From Isurus oxyrinchus (taxonomy: Eukaryota): a stretch of DNA of 64,000 nt. Of this stretch, positions 12,950 through 26,229 are shown piece after piece. Position numbers and translations under genes: made by a program. The stretch is from the NCBI GenBank assembly GCA_026770705.1, contig JANJGN010000034.1:6014001-6078000 (forward strand), given 5' to 3'. The notes under the pieces are model-generated. The model was given only the letters and a program-made list of their open reading frames with translations, was not told the origin of the DNA and did not search any database. Position 1 is the stretch's first letter. Every line of letters begins with the position of its first letter.

Positions 12950-13930
12950 AACATTTGTAACATAATCAAAGAATTTAGCTTGTCCTAGATTGGTTACAGC
13001 ACTGAAAGAGGCCATCGGGATCTTCGCGTCGGAGGCGGATCTCTGGGTGATTATCTCGGCTGTTCTCCTGGTCCAGATCTTCACCTGCAATGCATGCAAC
13101 TTGCTTGCTATTCAAATAATTACTCAGCTCCCTATCAAAGGCCACGATTGTCCCTTCGCCGAGCTCATTATTAGACATTGCATTTAAGAACCTCATGATA
13201 CGCAGCACATTTATTTTTCCCCATGTCCCGTTTGGTTCTCTTCAGTAGACGTTAAATGAATGTCTGCCATTTCTTGACCATTCCAGATGGGAACAGTCTA
13301 GGGCTGCCTAACATTTCCAGGCCCCGTCGTGAATTTCAGATGCCCCGTCAAATCTCCTTTCAATCATTTTTTTTATATGTTTGTACAACCGCTCTAAATT
13401 CTCCAATCTTTCCTCCAAGAAGAAACAATCGTCTCTGGAAACATTGCCATGAAGACATTCTCTATCCTCTTTAACGACTTAACTTCACCCTTAACTATGA
13501 TGTCTAAAATATGAAACAATACCCTAGCTGAAGTTGAACTACTGGTTAAAACCACTAGTTTTACCATAACTTCCTTTCTTTGGTTGCCTATTCGTCTATT
13601 TATAAAGCCGAGGATTTCATCCGGTTAAGTGACAACATTTTCAATCTGCCCTGCATCTTGCAACCATTTGTCCTCTTATACTCCCAAAGCCCCATCAGTA
13701 GTTTCAATCCCCTTTGCAATGCTATCACAAGTTGTTCATTACGTCCTCCTCCCAAAATGAATCACTTCATGCCTCTCTCTATGATTTTCACCTGAAATAG
13801 TTCCTCCAATTCCACGAGTCCAACTGCGTCCGTTTGATGTATTTCACCATCTTCCTTGCAATGCATAGCCCAGTAAAATCTGAAAACCGAAAATCTGAAA
13901 GTGTTGCCCTCGACACTAACGTTTGTGACC
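12950..13930 (-). mobile_element. Decayed CR1-type LINE fragments
   Basis: EGTIVAFDRELSNYL resembles the CR1 ORF2 end; upstream atgcctctctct...ccaaaatgaatcacttca is typical of reverse CR1 RT. Confidence 0.55.
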
Positions 13931-14022
13931 TTGATGCTTCCCATGTGGATAGATTGGAAGGGGGATACAGCGTTTTGCTTTAATGACATTTAAGTGTGGA
14001 TCATCCATTTTATGAATTACAG

Positions 14023-14058
14023 AGCTAAGCGACTGTCAACAAGCAGTAAAAGATCTAG
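14023..14058 (+). CDS. Microexon 7, unit 1 (36 nt; ELSDCQQAVKDL)
   Basis: aattacag|AGCTAA...GATCTAG|gtgagc; paralogous to exon 5; homologue at 43565. Confidence 0.88.
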
Positions 14059-14474
14059 GTGAGCAAAATATTCCTGGCATCGCTTTCGATAACATGCCTT
14101 ATTATTTTGAACCATTAAGCAAATATGTTTACATATGTTAAAAAGTGAAGTGGTCAATTCAGACACTCGTTGTTTGGCGATAGGCCCTCATTCCCTACTT
14201 GATTTCAATAAAAGAAAATACAGGGCAGAAAGCAAAACAGGCTGACTATCCGATATCAGGCAGGACTAATTTCCGATGCTCCATGCGTCATGTTTATTGG
14301 CTCTTTGTGTCACAACTCTTGCGCAATCCTGCACACTAACGGAATGTTGAATATTGTTAACTTTTTCGATTTGGTATCAGGTTGGCAAAGTGTTCTTACC
14401 AAAAACTAACTTCCCCCACTCGTCAAGAATGTTGTTTAATGTTAGAATTTTTTTTATCATATAATCCCGAGCAG

Positions 14475-14501
14475 AAGAAAAACTCAACGCAAAAGAAAGA
14501 G
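14475..14501 (+). CDS. Microexon 8, unit 1 (27 nt; EEKLNAKER)
   Basis: gagcag|AAGAAA...GAAAGAG|gtatgt; one difference from the 44023 copy. Confidence 0.82.
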
Positions 14502-16121
14502 GTATGTGATCTGACATCTTTCTTCAAAAAGCCTGAGATTGACAATGGCTGACTGCTTCTTTAAATGATTTGTTTTGTTTTCTTATGAGTGTTTAATGTT
14601 TTTTTTTTTTTACTAAGCAGATTGCTAGATTGTACCCTAAGGGTTGCCAGCAGAAGAATCCTATACGTTGGTGCCTTAGTTTCTAGATACCAAGGCAAAT
14701 TTTGGAAGCTGTGTCACACAAAGTTGGAAAAATATAAATAGCATGTGAACTAATTAACTGAATAAGGAGTTCACTTAATGCTCCTTAAACAAGGTAGTGG
14801 TAACAACAAAGTAGTCGCTAGCACAGTGAATTTGGAAATAAAACGTATGTGGTGGTTAAGAATGACAGGTTTGCTAATAGAGTTTATGGAAGAGTTCTTG
14901 GTGTCACAACTTTCAGTCAAAGGCTCCACGTTCAAGTCTCACTTAAGGACTTGCTGGCTGTTGAAGCTGTCTTCGTAAGGTGGCCAGCTGTATTGGTTAC
15001 CGACCTGCAAAAACCTTCCAATGCACTTGGCGGCTGGTGCTAAGAATTGGAGAGATGCTGGCCAGCCAGACTGCAGAAAGCAACATCAAATGACTGTCCT
15101 ACTTTGCCAAGCATAATCATGGCTATATCCTGGAAATCCATGATCACCAACACCCTCTGAATGCAAGTTACCTGAAAACTAGGAATGAAATACCATATGT
15201 GGTAACTTTTTCTGGTGGAGGATAGGCTTAGACATGGGACACTTGATTGGACGATGAGATATATTCCTCTAATTTATATGGGTCGAGCTACCTTCTAGGT
15301 ATCGAATTCTATAGATCTTAATATTTTTTGAAATGCAACTCACTCCAAATTGGCAAGGGAAAAAGACAGAGCGCCGTCTATAGTTAATCAGTGACGAACC
15401 TAACCAGGGAGAAGCACTATGTATCTACTTAAATAATGTAATTGAATAATCGTTAAAGGGAAGAACTTGGCAAAGTCCCACCGAAAAATAAAATCTGCAA
15501 AAGCATTTATTCCACAGTTGTGCCAGTTAAGTTGCCAAAGGTACCCCCGTGCATGTTACTAATTGAGACTGACTGCGCCGTTAAAGATGAAATTAACAAA
15601 ATGTCTTATTTTTTATGCATGTATAATATGCAAGTAAAATATCTGAAAGCATGCCATGCAACTATTGGGAGACCGTCTCGGGGAGATTCAATGTGATGTC
15701 TTTCTATGTTATTGCACAATCTGCACTCAAGTAAGATTATCGATGCCAGTCTTTCGCTTACTGCGACTGCAAAAACCGCACTTTGCTCTTGCTTAAAATG
15801 CATTATGAAATGGTGGCCCAAATTAGACCTCGTATTTTTTTATGAATATGACACTAGGATTAGCTGAGGCAAATAATCTCTCATTATTTAGGTGTAGGTT
15901 AAGTAGGCGCTTCAGGAGAAAGTGAGCGGGAGTTCATATCAGTAATATGAGATGCAGTTTGTCGAAGTATGGAGCATGTGGAAGGACATAATCCACTTTG
16001 TCGAATAGATTGACCTGTACTGTAAATTATGCATAGTAACTTGGGACGGTGGGTGGGAGGGAATGGGGGAAACGTGCTGAAATTGAAATAATGATGAAAC
16101 TCTCGCATCTCACCATTTTAG

Positions 16122-16157
16122 AGATTCTAACGTGCCAAGAGTCTTTAAAGCATTCAG
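16122..16157 (+). CDS. Microexon 9, unit 1 (36 nt; EILTCQESLKHS)
   Basis: ccattttag|AGATTC...CATTCAG|gtggga; same E-x-x-x-CQ pattern as exons 5 and 7; homologue at 45670. Confidence 0.83.
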
Positions 16158-16358
16158 GTGGGAAATAAATGTGGTATTTGTGTAAAATAGCCGCTGCACA
16201 AAATATTCCTGCAATTCCTAGCCCACATGTAGAATACAGAAAACCGATCAGTAATTTTTAATGTACAGATTTAGATTTTGCCTGCATCATATAATTGCCC
16301 AGCATAGAAAGAGGGCTACTCTCCACCTTGCCTGTACCTGCTATATGAACGGGGTTTA

Positions 16359-16368
<10 letters not shown>

Positions 16369-16402
<34 letters not shown>
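16369..16402. repeat. (TC)n microsatellite
   Basis: tctctctctctctctctctctttctctctctctc; shorter in unit 2 (~45918-45931). Confidence 0.9.
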
Positions 16403-17178
16403 ATTATCTGTGTTCCAGAAATCGTTTCACACAACCTTCCAAACGCTTGTTCTGCAGAATAAGTTGTTGCTCCCGGCCAACTCCTTCCACCCCATACTAA
16501 GATTTGTCTATTAATCAGCTTAAATCTGTGTTTCTTTGTTGCTGGTCGTCCTGGACGCGGGAACCATTTATTGTTATTTACTTTCCTAAGATTGATGATG
16601 TCAACAAATTGGGCGTAATTATCATAGGGTCCATTAAAATTTTCTCTTGGTCATAAGAATCTCAGCTCCCCTCTGCGGTCTATATATGTGATGTCCCTGG
16701 TGCTGTGGATTCAATCTTCCCTGTGCTCCCAACACGATTTGGGAATCATTGCAATGCGAGGTGCGTCGAATTTGAATACAATATCCTAAGTGGCATATTT
16801 CAAACAACAATCATTGAGAAGCTGCAATGAGTGTCGATTTACTGGTGAGATACAAATCTTCAGCAGTGAGTACTCCGTCAATTATTGATTCCGACTAATG
16901 CATGGTTCCATTACTTGAGCTGGGCATCTGGCTGGACGTGGAATGGACGGCCGTTGCCATAGCGTCAATTTCACGCTACTGTCCAGGATCATTATTTGCC
17001 CCAATATGTACCATCATCTACATTATTGTGTTATGTGCAGAGTTATCCACGCAGCAGCATGCCTTGACATAGCAACATTTAAAAATTTAAATCCAACTGC
17101 AAACTTTTGCCTTTTCATATAAAACGTTTACTGTTTGAATGATTCCACAATCTTCCTGTTAACGTCATGCCTTGACAG

Positions 17179-17205
17179 AAACAAAGCTGAAAGGCAAAGA
17201 AAAAG
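17179..17205 (+). CDS. Microexon 10, unit 1 (27 nt; ETKLKGKEK)
   Basis: ccttgacag|AAACAA...GAAAAAG|gtagcc; identical in unit 2. Confidence 0.85.
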
Positions 17206-18428
17206 GTAGCCAGTTTAAGGATTCGCTGTTTTAAGAACTCAGATATTAACGTGTTAATATCTATGCCCCGTTTCTTTCATGATTAATTTCTCTCAAATAG
17301 CATTTAGCATTATTAATTGGAAGATCGGTTGACTTTGGTAATGGGCTATATGTGGAGAAAATTTTACAACTTGAGAGGTGTCAGCCAAAATTGTGAGCCA
17401 GTAAGACAGGAGTGTAACATTAATAGAAGATAACACTCAGGAGGAAAGTATTGATCCAGAAAACGAATTGAATGGGGAATTCGCTACTGCATGATTCTTT
17501 CTTATCCAGAATTTCGCTATATTTTTAAGGCCGAGGTCAGTTATCCATCGAGATCCCACGAAAGTTCAATCGACTTTATTATCACGAAGTAAACGTCGTG
17601 TCATCCCCACGAAAATTTTAGTTCAGCACTGTCAACTCAAGATTAATAGCTCCTAGGCATTTTTAAGCAAGTTTACCTCGTGCTTGCAGTCTGGATTAAT
17701 TACTTTTGCTTCCAAAAAATGACGATCCCTTCCTTTGCAGACATGTTCGTGTTTGTGTCCTGACTTCAGAAGGATACATGTTGATCTCTGAATATCCAGA
17801 CTGTGTTCCCTCTGGTGCTTTGCATTCGTTTCAGGGGCCATATGTGATTGAAACTGCTCGGCGCACTTCTCTGTCAGCCAATGAGCTGAACGGCGTGCAA
17901 GATTTAAGAAATGCATTTAGCAAACGCTGTACAGTTCATGCACTAAATAACAAATCAAACTGATGATTCATAGCAGAATATTAAAGCGGAGTCTCTCCAA
18001 TGTGCATACAAAAGCTATTTAAACAACATCAACACGCACAAAAACATTTTGCCTAATTAACCAAAGGCGCTACGAATTACACCAAAACATTTCTAGGTTA
18101 ACACGGATTTTACGGTCTCCAACAAAGAAAATTCAGGAATGAAACAATGCCAATATCTCTTGCAAAATGCACAAGTTCGTCACCAATAAAATGCAGTTGG
18201 TGGAGGAGAGTCAAATATTTCCAGCTGCATTCCTCTATTCAAGCTCAGTCTCAAACAGCAGTGTGGTTTCCAGACACGATTGTTAAGAGGTTTAGCGGGC
18301 CAGTTTGATTGCTGTCGGGGAATGCCGGATACAAAAAGGAGCTCTTCTGTCATCTGGACGAGGAAATGTAACTGATAACCTTGACAATTACATGATTCTT
18401 TTAAACCAGTTGCTTCTTTCTGTCTTAG

Positions 18429-18455
18429 AATTGAATGACATTCAGCAGAAATGCA
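18429..18455 (+). CDS. Microexon 11, unit 1 (27 nt; ELNDIQQKC)
   Basis: tctttctgtcttag|AATTGA...AATGCA|gtgagt; paralogous to exon 1. Confidence 0.88.
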
Positions 18456-18999
18456 GTGAGTATTCGATGAGCCAGCAGCCATCAAGGTGTCCATTTCCCG
18501 ATTGAATATATAGCCTGTGCTGCGGAAAGAACCTGTGGTACAAAATATAATCGTGTGAAGGCATTAAAGCACATCCCCAAGGCATGAAGAGAAAATGTCT
18601 GAAAGGAAATTGCGGTTTTACCTTCTTGCCTAAAGCTGCACCAAATGTTTTATCCTCGCAGATTCCAACTTTTCAGCTTTGACTCAGTAAACAGAACTTG
18701 TGGTCAGAAGTTTGCAAATTGAAGTCCAGAGATAGAAGTTGAACGCAGGCGCAGATGCAGACACGGCAGTGCAGCCCTCAGGCAGCAATGTATTTTAGGA
18801 AGCGCCATGCAGCCGTTTAGTCCATAAAACAAGCCAAGGTCTGCCCACAAACTTGGATGTAAATGACCCAATGCCACATTTGACAGAAATGAAGGGACGT
18901 TTTCAACCGATGTCCTGGTAAATACTTACCCGTTAATTAAACTTCACATAACAATGGTGTTTCGATGGTCTTGGGGAGCCTGGTGAGTCGGGAGGGACA

Positions 19000-20650
19000 A
19001 GTATCTTTGGCAAAACAGTTCATTCAGAGTGGTCATCATGTCACCAGCTTTATGTTGGCAGATGGATCGGACGGACAATTGACAGATGATGTCTTGAGCA
19101 TAAAATTGCGATCACATCATTTTGTTGGGAAGGACGAGGTGAGGCAATTCAAGAGAACGTGTCAAAATCAAAATGGGTTTCAAGGTATTTACCCCTGGAT
19201 GTCAATGTGCACAAATTACTCAGGGTGACAAGGGACGTTGAATGGGCGTTTAAAACAGCAAAACCTACATTTAATGAAGTGTGTCATATAGCACTAAACA
19301 TGTAGGTTACAATAAATGTATACAATATTGGGGGGGCCTCAGCTAGAGAATTGTTTCCAATTCTGGACAACATTCTCCAGGAAAATGTGGAGGCATTATA
19401 AGGTGTGCAAAATTAATTTTTAAAATTATTTCCATGGTAGAGGAGTTCCACTTACGTGGGTATATGGACAAGTGTTCTTCACCTTGTTGATCAGAATATT
19501 AAGCAACTATCTGATAGAGGTGAAGATAATCATTAGGATCCAGGAGAAACTGAACAGGGGAGAGTTGCTCCGTTTGCAGGAATGGCCGGAAATCATTAGA
19601 AAACGAAGTAAGGTAATTCACATCATAAACTTTCGTGCCAGGAGGGAGGCATTTTCTTTTCCAGCGAGTGCTTAGCATTAGGATTACATTGCTAACGTTG
19701 TTTTGGAAGAATGTAAATATGTGTTCAAGAAAGTATTAAATAATTATATCAAGAAGAGAAATACTTTGGAGGAGTGTTACTTGGAACAGCGGGACAGATC
19801 GATGAAATAAAATTAATAGAGCGATCCGGCACAGGCTCAATGTGTTGGATGGTCTCTCTCTCTATCTGTCTGGATCCCTCGCTCCCTCTCTCCCTCTCTC
19901 CCTCTCTATATGTTATACAGCTGATTAGATAGAAAAGAGACAGATATATTGATATATATATAGATAGGTTGATAAGTAGATAGGTAGATATTTGGACAGA
20001 TACAAAGATAGATAGCAATTGGGCCTGACAATATAGGACAATTCTTTAACAGTTTCAAATGACACATGGGCATGGTTGTGCAGCAAATAAACATGTTGAT
20101 AGCAAGCGACTGCAGCAAGGCATAAATAGTCGAGCAGCATAGGATTCAAGTGGCGGATCGGAATTAATGCACATTTCTCTGAAGTGATGCATTTTGGCAA
20201 AACCGTTAGAGGAGGCCAAATACCCTTATTGAAACGATTTGTTAGTGTGCAACGGAAAAGATGAGGAGCTTATTTTTTTTAAGTTGTCTTGAAATATTAT
20301 AAATGTACTTAGCTAGTTATTTGGATTATTGGGCTTACCATGTGGAGGTATTCAGCACAAAAGTATAAATTTGTGCACAATCCTTTGACACTTTGGTTAT
20401 GGGGCAGTTAATGTTGGTGCATCTGGTTATCAACATATATTCGGAAGGAGCGACTGCTCATTAAAGGGTTTCTGAAGAACATTGGCAGAATGGTTCCATG
20501 GAGAATTGAAATTAACGACCTTGAAGATTGGTGGACGAACGTTTGTTATCCTTTGAGCATAGAAGGCAGAGAGGAGATCTATAAGTTAATGTCAAGTTTA
20601 GGTAAAGGAGAAAAAGTTATCCCGTGCTGATACGCTTAAGATACAGAGAT
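19000..20650 (+). mobile_element. Decayed CR1-type LINE 3' fragments
   Basis: cctcagctagagaattgtttccaattctgg (PQLEYCVQFW-like), LIEV.KII and gaagtgatgcattttgg (EVMHFG) motifs. Confidence 0.6.
19850..20015. repeat. Degenerate (TC)n then (TAGA)n/(TA)n low-complexity tract
   Basis: ctctctctccctctctc followed by tagatag/gatagata arrays. Confidence 0.8.
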
Positions 20651-20899
20651 GAGGAGGACACAGTTTTCCGCTTTGTGCACTGGGCGATTCGAAATGTCGG
20701 TCATTTGCCTTTGTAAGCAGAACTTACATGCCATGGACAAAAGCAACTATATATTGAAAAAAAACATAGAATGGAGGAGGAGGACCTTTGTTAATTAGAG
20801 CCCATGTTCTGTAACTCACCATCTAGCAAGTTGATAAAATATTACTCACTCAGTAATCTAAAAATGAATGTAAACTGGCTCATGGACTGATTAAATCGG

Positions 20900-23790
20900 C
20901 AGGCAGACAGTGAGAGTTTGGTAAAGCAAGATTGAGTGCTTCGCTCTGGAAAATGCCGCATGGGTTCTACCGGCCATAAGGGATCTGTCGCTCCCGACAT
21001 GCGATCCCAAACCCACCACGTGGCTGTTACTTGCCATCAGAAATCGTCACTCACTTGCATCAACAATGCAACAGGTAATTGGATATGGGCCAAAATTGGA
21101 GAGACAAATCACGATCTAACTAATCACCGGGTAAGAAAATGACAAATTCAGTGCTTTCCACCTGCTAAGATAGCTTTACCAACTGGGGGATGGTTCCAAC
21201 AGTGGGAGAGATATCCAAAAGACCAATCAAACAAAAGTCATATTTATAATCAGGGATTCACAGTTCCTTACAAAGGCATGAAAGGGCCAGTAGTGGACTG
21301 GGCCAGCCTAGATGGCAGCGCTATAGAGTGTGTTTGGAACTGCAATAGGGACACTTAACACTGACTCCGGACCCAATGAAGTCACATGACATCAAGCCAA
21401 ATATGGGCAAGGAAAACTCCAGCTGATTAACTCGTACCACAATCCACACCCATCCTTGCTGCTGATGAATCAATACTTTTCCATGTTAAACGTCACTTGG
21501 AGGAGCATTGAGGGCGGCAATGGCGGACAAATCACTTCAATCACCAGCACCAAAAATGGCTTCACAGCACCAATGAAGACTGAGCGAGACGAGTATGAAG
21601 GGACATAGGTGCTAGGATGGGATTGTGGCTACTGGTGATGGAGCAAATGAGCGGGGGAACAATACCTGTCTCCCCCTCACTCTCAGGAACCTGCCTGCTG
21701 CAGGGGTGTCTGCCCATGAAAGTATAGGTAGCAGTCACCACCGCACAATCATTGTGGAGACATTGTGTATACCATGCAATGTGTGTTGCCGTACAACCAC
21801 CATGCCAAAGAGTATAAATTAGGAACAGAACAAGTATATCAAGCCGAGTTAGCCACGAGGCTATGTCGTCCATCCGCAGAAGCAGAACTGTACTCAATCA
21901 AAATATTTAACATCATGTCCCAACTTAACCGACACTTTTCAATTACCTGCCTACCTCGGTATCCAGCTTATTTCAATGAAGAGTGCGAGGAGGCATTCCA
22001 GAAGCAGCACAAGTCATGCCTAAAAACGAAGGGCAACCGGGTGAAGTGGAATAGCAGATTCACTTGCGTGCCAGACAGCATAAGCAGCATTTGGTAGACA
22101 GAGCTAGGCCATTGTAGAAAAAATGGAGCAGATCAAAGATCTGCAGCGCTGTCACGTCCAGTTGTTAATTGTGGTGGGCACTTAAATAATACAATGGAAA
22201 AAGATCCACAAATGTCTCCATGCTTCTTGATGATGGAGTGCCAAGCATCGGGGCAAAATATAAGGCTCAAACATTTGCAATACGTGTCTAGTAGGCGACC
22301 CATGTCGTCCCCCTCCAGAGATACCCGGCATTGCAGATGCCTTACTTCAGGTTATTCGATTCTTCCAACGTGATATCATGAAATGGCTGCAGGAACTGGA
22401 TGTTGCAAAGTCTGGGTGCACTGAAATATTGCAGCCATTATAGTGAAGACATGTTCAAGGTCAATTTGGCGCCCTTAGCCAGACTGTTCCAGTATGGCTA
22501 CAATACTGATATCTACCTCGCGGTGTAGTCACTCGCCCAGGTGTGTCTTGTGCACACAAAGCAGGGCAAATCCAAACAAGCCAATTATCGTCCCCTCAGT
22601 ATACTACCAATCATCAGTGAGGTGAGGAAAGCGTCAGGAACTACTATCACACGGCACTTCTTCAGCAATCACAGGCCAATTGCTCTGTTTGAGTTCCGCC
22701 TGTGTCCCTCAGTTCCTGACCTCATCACCACAACTCCAGTGTTCAGGTGCGACTGTTTGTCCTTGACATCAAGGTAGAAATTGGCCGATTCATCCGTCAA
22801 GGTACCCAAGCGAAATTGGAGTCAATGGGATTCACGGGGAGAACTTTGCGTTGGTGGACATCATACCTAGCAGGAAGAAAGTTTGTTGTCGGTGTTGGAG
22901 ATCAATGACCAATAGTTAAAGGGAATTACTGCAGGAATTCCTCAGGAAAAAGTTCCAGACCCAATCATTCTCAGCTGCTTTTTCAAGGGATTCCCTTCTG
23001 TCATAAGTTCAGAAGCCGGGGTAGTTGCTGATGACCTCACAAATTACAGCACAATTCATGACGCCTTACATAAGGAAGCAGGTCAATTTCCAAATGCAAC
23101 AAGACAAGTGCCAATCAATGACCACATTTCTCAAGACATTTAAAACCATCACCATATGACAATCAATGGCAATGTCTACAAGAGCTGATCAGGGGCTGGG
23201 AACTGTGCAAATTGGAACTCATCTCCTGAAGCCCGAAAGCCTGTCAACAATCTACAAGACACAATTCATTTTCTTGATTGAATACTCCTCTGCTGCCTGG
23301 CTGCGATTAGCTCCAACAACACTCAAAAATCTTGACAACACACATGGCAAAACAGAGGACTTGATTTGCATCCCATCCAAACACTTTCAGTCCATCCACG
23401 GTCGATGGACATTGGCATCAGTGAATAACATCTGTAAAATATACTGCAGGGACTCAACAAGGCTCCTTTGGCAGCACCTTCCAAACCAATGTTCGCTGCC
23501 GTCTAGAAGCACAAGGACAGCAGGTATCTGGGAACTACAGCACTTTAAATTTCCTAGACAAGCCACTCATCATCCTGCCTTGAAATATATTGTGATTCCT
23601 TCACTGTCGTAGAATCAAAATGGTCCAAATCCCTCGCTAACAGCACCGTTGAAGGACCTAATTTAGATGGACTGTAGCCCTTCAAGAAAGCAGTGACCAA
23701 ATCCTTCTCAAGGACAATGACAGATGGGCAGTAAATGATGTTCTCACCAGCGACGGCCAGGTCACATGAATTAATAAAGAAAAACAAAAT
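20900..23790 (+). mobile_element. Degenerate CR1-clade LINE ORF2 (APE endonuclease + RT) with 3' UTR
   Basis: LRNLPAAGVSAHESIGSSHHRTIIVET (EN end), KSKQANYRPLSILPIISEV, GIPQ/VADD-like RT motifs, PESLSTIYKTQ...EYSSAAW; 3' end cacatgaattaataaag. Confidence 0.85.
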
Positions 23791-25389
23791 ACAAGCTATC
23801 CGCTCACTTTCAGGTTGATTTGCTAATGCTATAAGGAATCCGATACTGTTTCTCATGCATAGCAACAGTAACCACAATTCTAAATTCTACCTTGTTGTCT
23901 CGTACTTTGGAAAATTCCGTGTTTGTAAAATGAGCAATATATTTGCAGTTCGTTTTGCCCTTTTTGAGGAGACCTGGATAGGCCAGTTGATAGTCTCAAG
24001 CCAATAGCGCTCTGATTGATTTCCTCTGGAATTTTTCTTTTGTGAGGCTGCATTTAATTTCCGTGGCCAGTTATGAACTCCAAATAGCAAAAAAAAAACC
24101 TCACATTGTGCAGTTAAGTTTTGCTGTCCATATATGTCTGACAGACTTTATATGTAGAGCGTGCAGATTGCTACTATTCATGCAATTTGGTTAGACCACA
24201 CATCGATTACATAACTTGTTTCTCCCGTTGCTGATTCTGGATCATGCTTAGATATCAAGGTGTTTCCGGTTTCAAGTTTATGCGTATACATCACAAAACA
24301 GGGGTCCAAAAGAAGACATGGAAACATGATATTAGAACCGAGTGATATAGATTTTCTGAAAGATTGGCTTTGCTATCTAGAAAACTGAAGTCTGATTGGT
24401 GAGCTGACAAGAGTCGATAAAAGTATGCAAGATTTTATGATGGAGTCCTGAACTTGGGCATCTAAATGAAATGATTTCACTAAGCATTTTTGGGATGTTC
24501 AGAGCATATATCCACTCACAGGATAGTTATAATGCAGAATCCATATTGCAAGATGCACTAATGTAAAAGCCAAATTTGCATGTAACGGCAAGTGTACGAG
24601 AGAGAAAGATATTGAACGACATTCCGATTAGATTCTTTGAAGCCGGGGAGGCTCGTGTGGAACATAAGAACACCTGCAGTGACTGGATAGGATGAAAGCC
24701 TGATTACCTGCCATAAAATGGAATTAAATCTAAGAAACAATAAACAGGAGAATTCAAGAAAACGGGGCCAACCATTTGTATGGGGCAGGAGTAACTTGAA
24801 GCTCACCTATCAGAAAGACATTTGTCAACATCCACTGAAACAATGATTTAACCAAGTGCACTAAAAGTCATAACGCTTAATTTGAATTTAATTGCTCAGT
24901 TTTACTGTAACGGGCTGTCTAAAATGCGCATTGCAATAAGGGCTTAAATTGACAACCTATCTAAGATCGACCATTCCACCTGCCTACAAACCTGAGCAGA
25001 AAGATTGAATCTGACACCCAGTGCACTTGTGGCAGAGGACTGCAGTAATGGAATTGAAACTTTTGATGGCACCTTTAGCTGAATCACTGTCTGTCCTGTG
25101 AATTGGCAAGTTTTTTTCTGAAGTCGATCTTCTGGTTCTGCCGGGGGAATAAGGGAAGCTATCGAAGTTGCGCTGTCCTAAATTTAATCCTCCGTCAGTG
25201 TCAAAAAAATGGTGACTTGGCTACATCTTATTATTGACTTTGGGATTCTATGGTGTGCGAAATGGTTCGAATTTGTTCTGCATTGCAGCATTACTTCAGA
25301 AGAATGATATTGGCTGCAGAGCATTTTTGGAAGCCTTAAATTCATGATACGCGCTGTCGAAACACAAATTATGTTTTCCTCTCTTGCAG

Positions 25390-25416
25390 GAGGAGATCTT
25401 TGGGACAAAGATTCAG
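25390..25416 (+). CDS. Microexon 12, unit 1 (27 nt; RGDLWDKDS)
   Basis: ttcctctcttgcag|GAGGAG...GATTCAG|gtaaac; paralogous to exon 2. Confidence 0.85.
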
Positions 25417-25454
25417 GTAAACAACATGTTTTATTCTGCACTGCCCTTGTCATA

Positions 25455-25870
25455 CCAGCATTGGCTCAGTCTGTAACAATCTAAATATGAGCTTGGATCT
25501 CGTGGTTTCAAATGTAGCTCGAAATCCTGATCACTAAGACTTGACTGACACTCTTGGTCACCAATAATGAAAGAGTTCCGACCTGCCGGGCAGGTTATCT
25601 CTAAGGCGAGATGTTAATGGAAGACAAAATTTCCCCACTCACCAAGGCGTATTCCGATATACATTTAAGGGTTGCCTCCAATGTAATAGTATGACTTACA
25701 CTTAATCAACAGTGGTATATACAAAAATCATCTTTTCTGTTCAATTTATATTTGTGGGAATTGCTGTATCATTTCCTACATTACAGCAAGAACTACAATT
25801 CTCGCGAGTCCAATATAGGAGGAAAATTTCATTGAGATATTCTGAATTCATGGATGAAATGAGAAATCAA
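25455..25870 (+). mobile_element. tRNA-derived SINE relic (DeuSINE/SacSINE1-like)
   Basis: A-box-like tggctcagtctgta, B-box-like ggtttcaaat, gactgacactc core, gagatgttaa, and L2-like tail tttcctacattacagcaagaactaca; family assignment from recalled consensus. Confidence 0.55.
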
Positions 25871-26017
25871 GGCCCTTCATTTTTCAGTTTCTGTTGGTAT
25901 GCTAATGAGTCTGTTTGAGCTTAATCTGTTCCGACAGCAGTGAATGCTGTAATGACATTTTTTTTTTAGAAAACCATATCAAAGGGATTGATAAATTTTT
26001 CGTATGCTCATTTTCAG

Positions 26018-26053
26018 AAATAAATGATCTCCAGACTAAACTTCAAAAATGCG
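26018..26053 (+). CDS. Microexon 13, unit 1 (36 nt; EINDLQTKLQKC)
   Basis: ctcattttcag|AAATAA...AAATGCG|gtgagt; one synonymous difference from unit 2. Confidence 0.9.
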
Positions 26054-26229
26054 GTGAGTAAATAGTTAAAATTCAGAAAACCGGTGACCTAAGAGGAAAA
26101 GAATTGGATATTTATGTGGAAATTATAAAATTGAACGCACAGCAATAGATAGACTCCGACTCCCTGCGACCCTGAATTGGATCAAGTGGATCTGGAAAAG
26201 TGAGTGATTGAGTAAGCACTGGCAGGAGT

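Noticed and set aside
14600-14660. Poly-T plus tactaagcag acceptor-like site after exon 8
   Set aside because: No convincing donor at a 3n distance in both units
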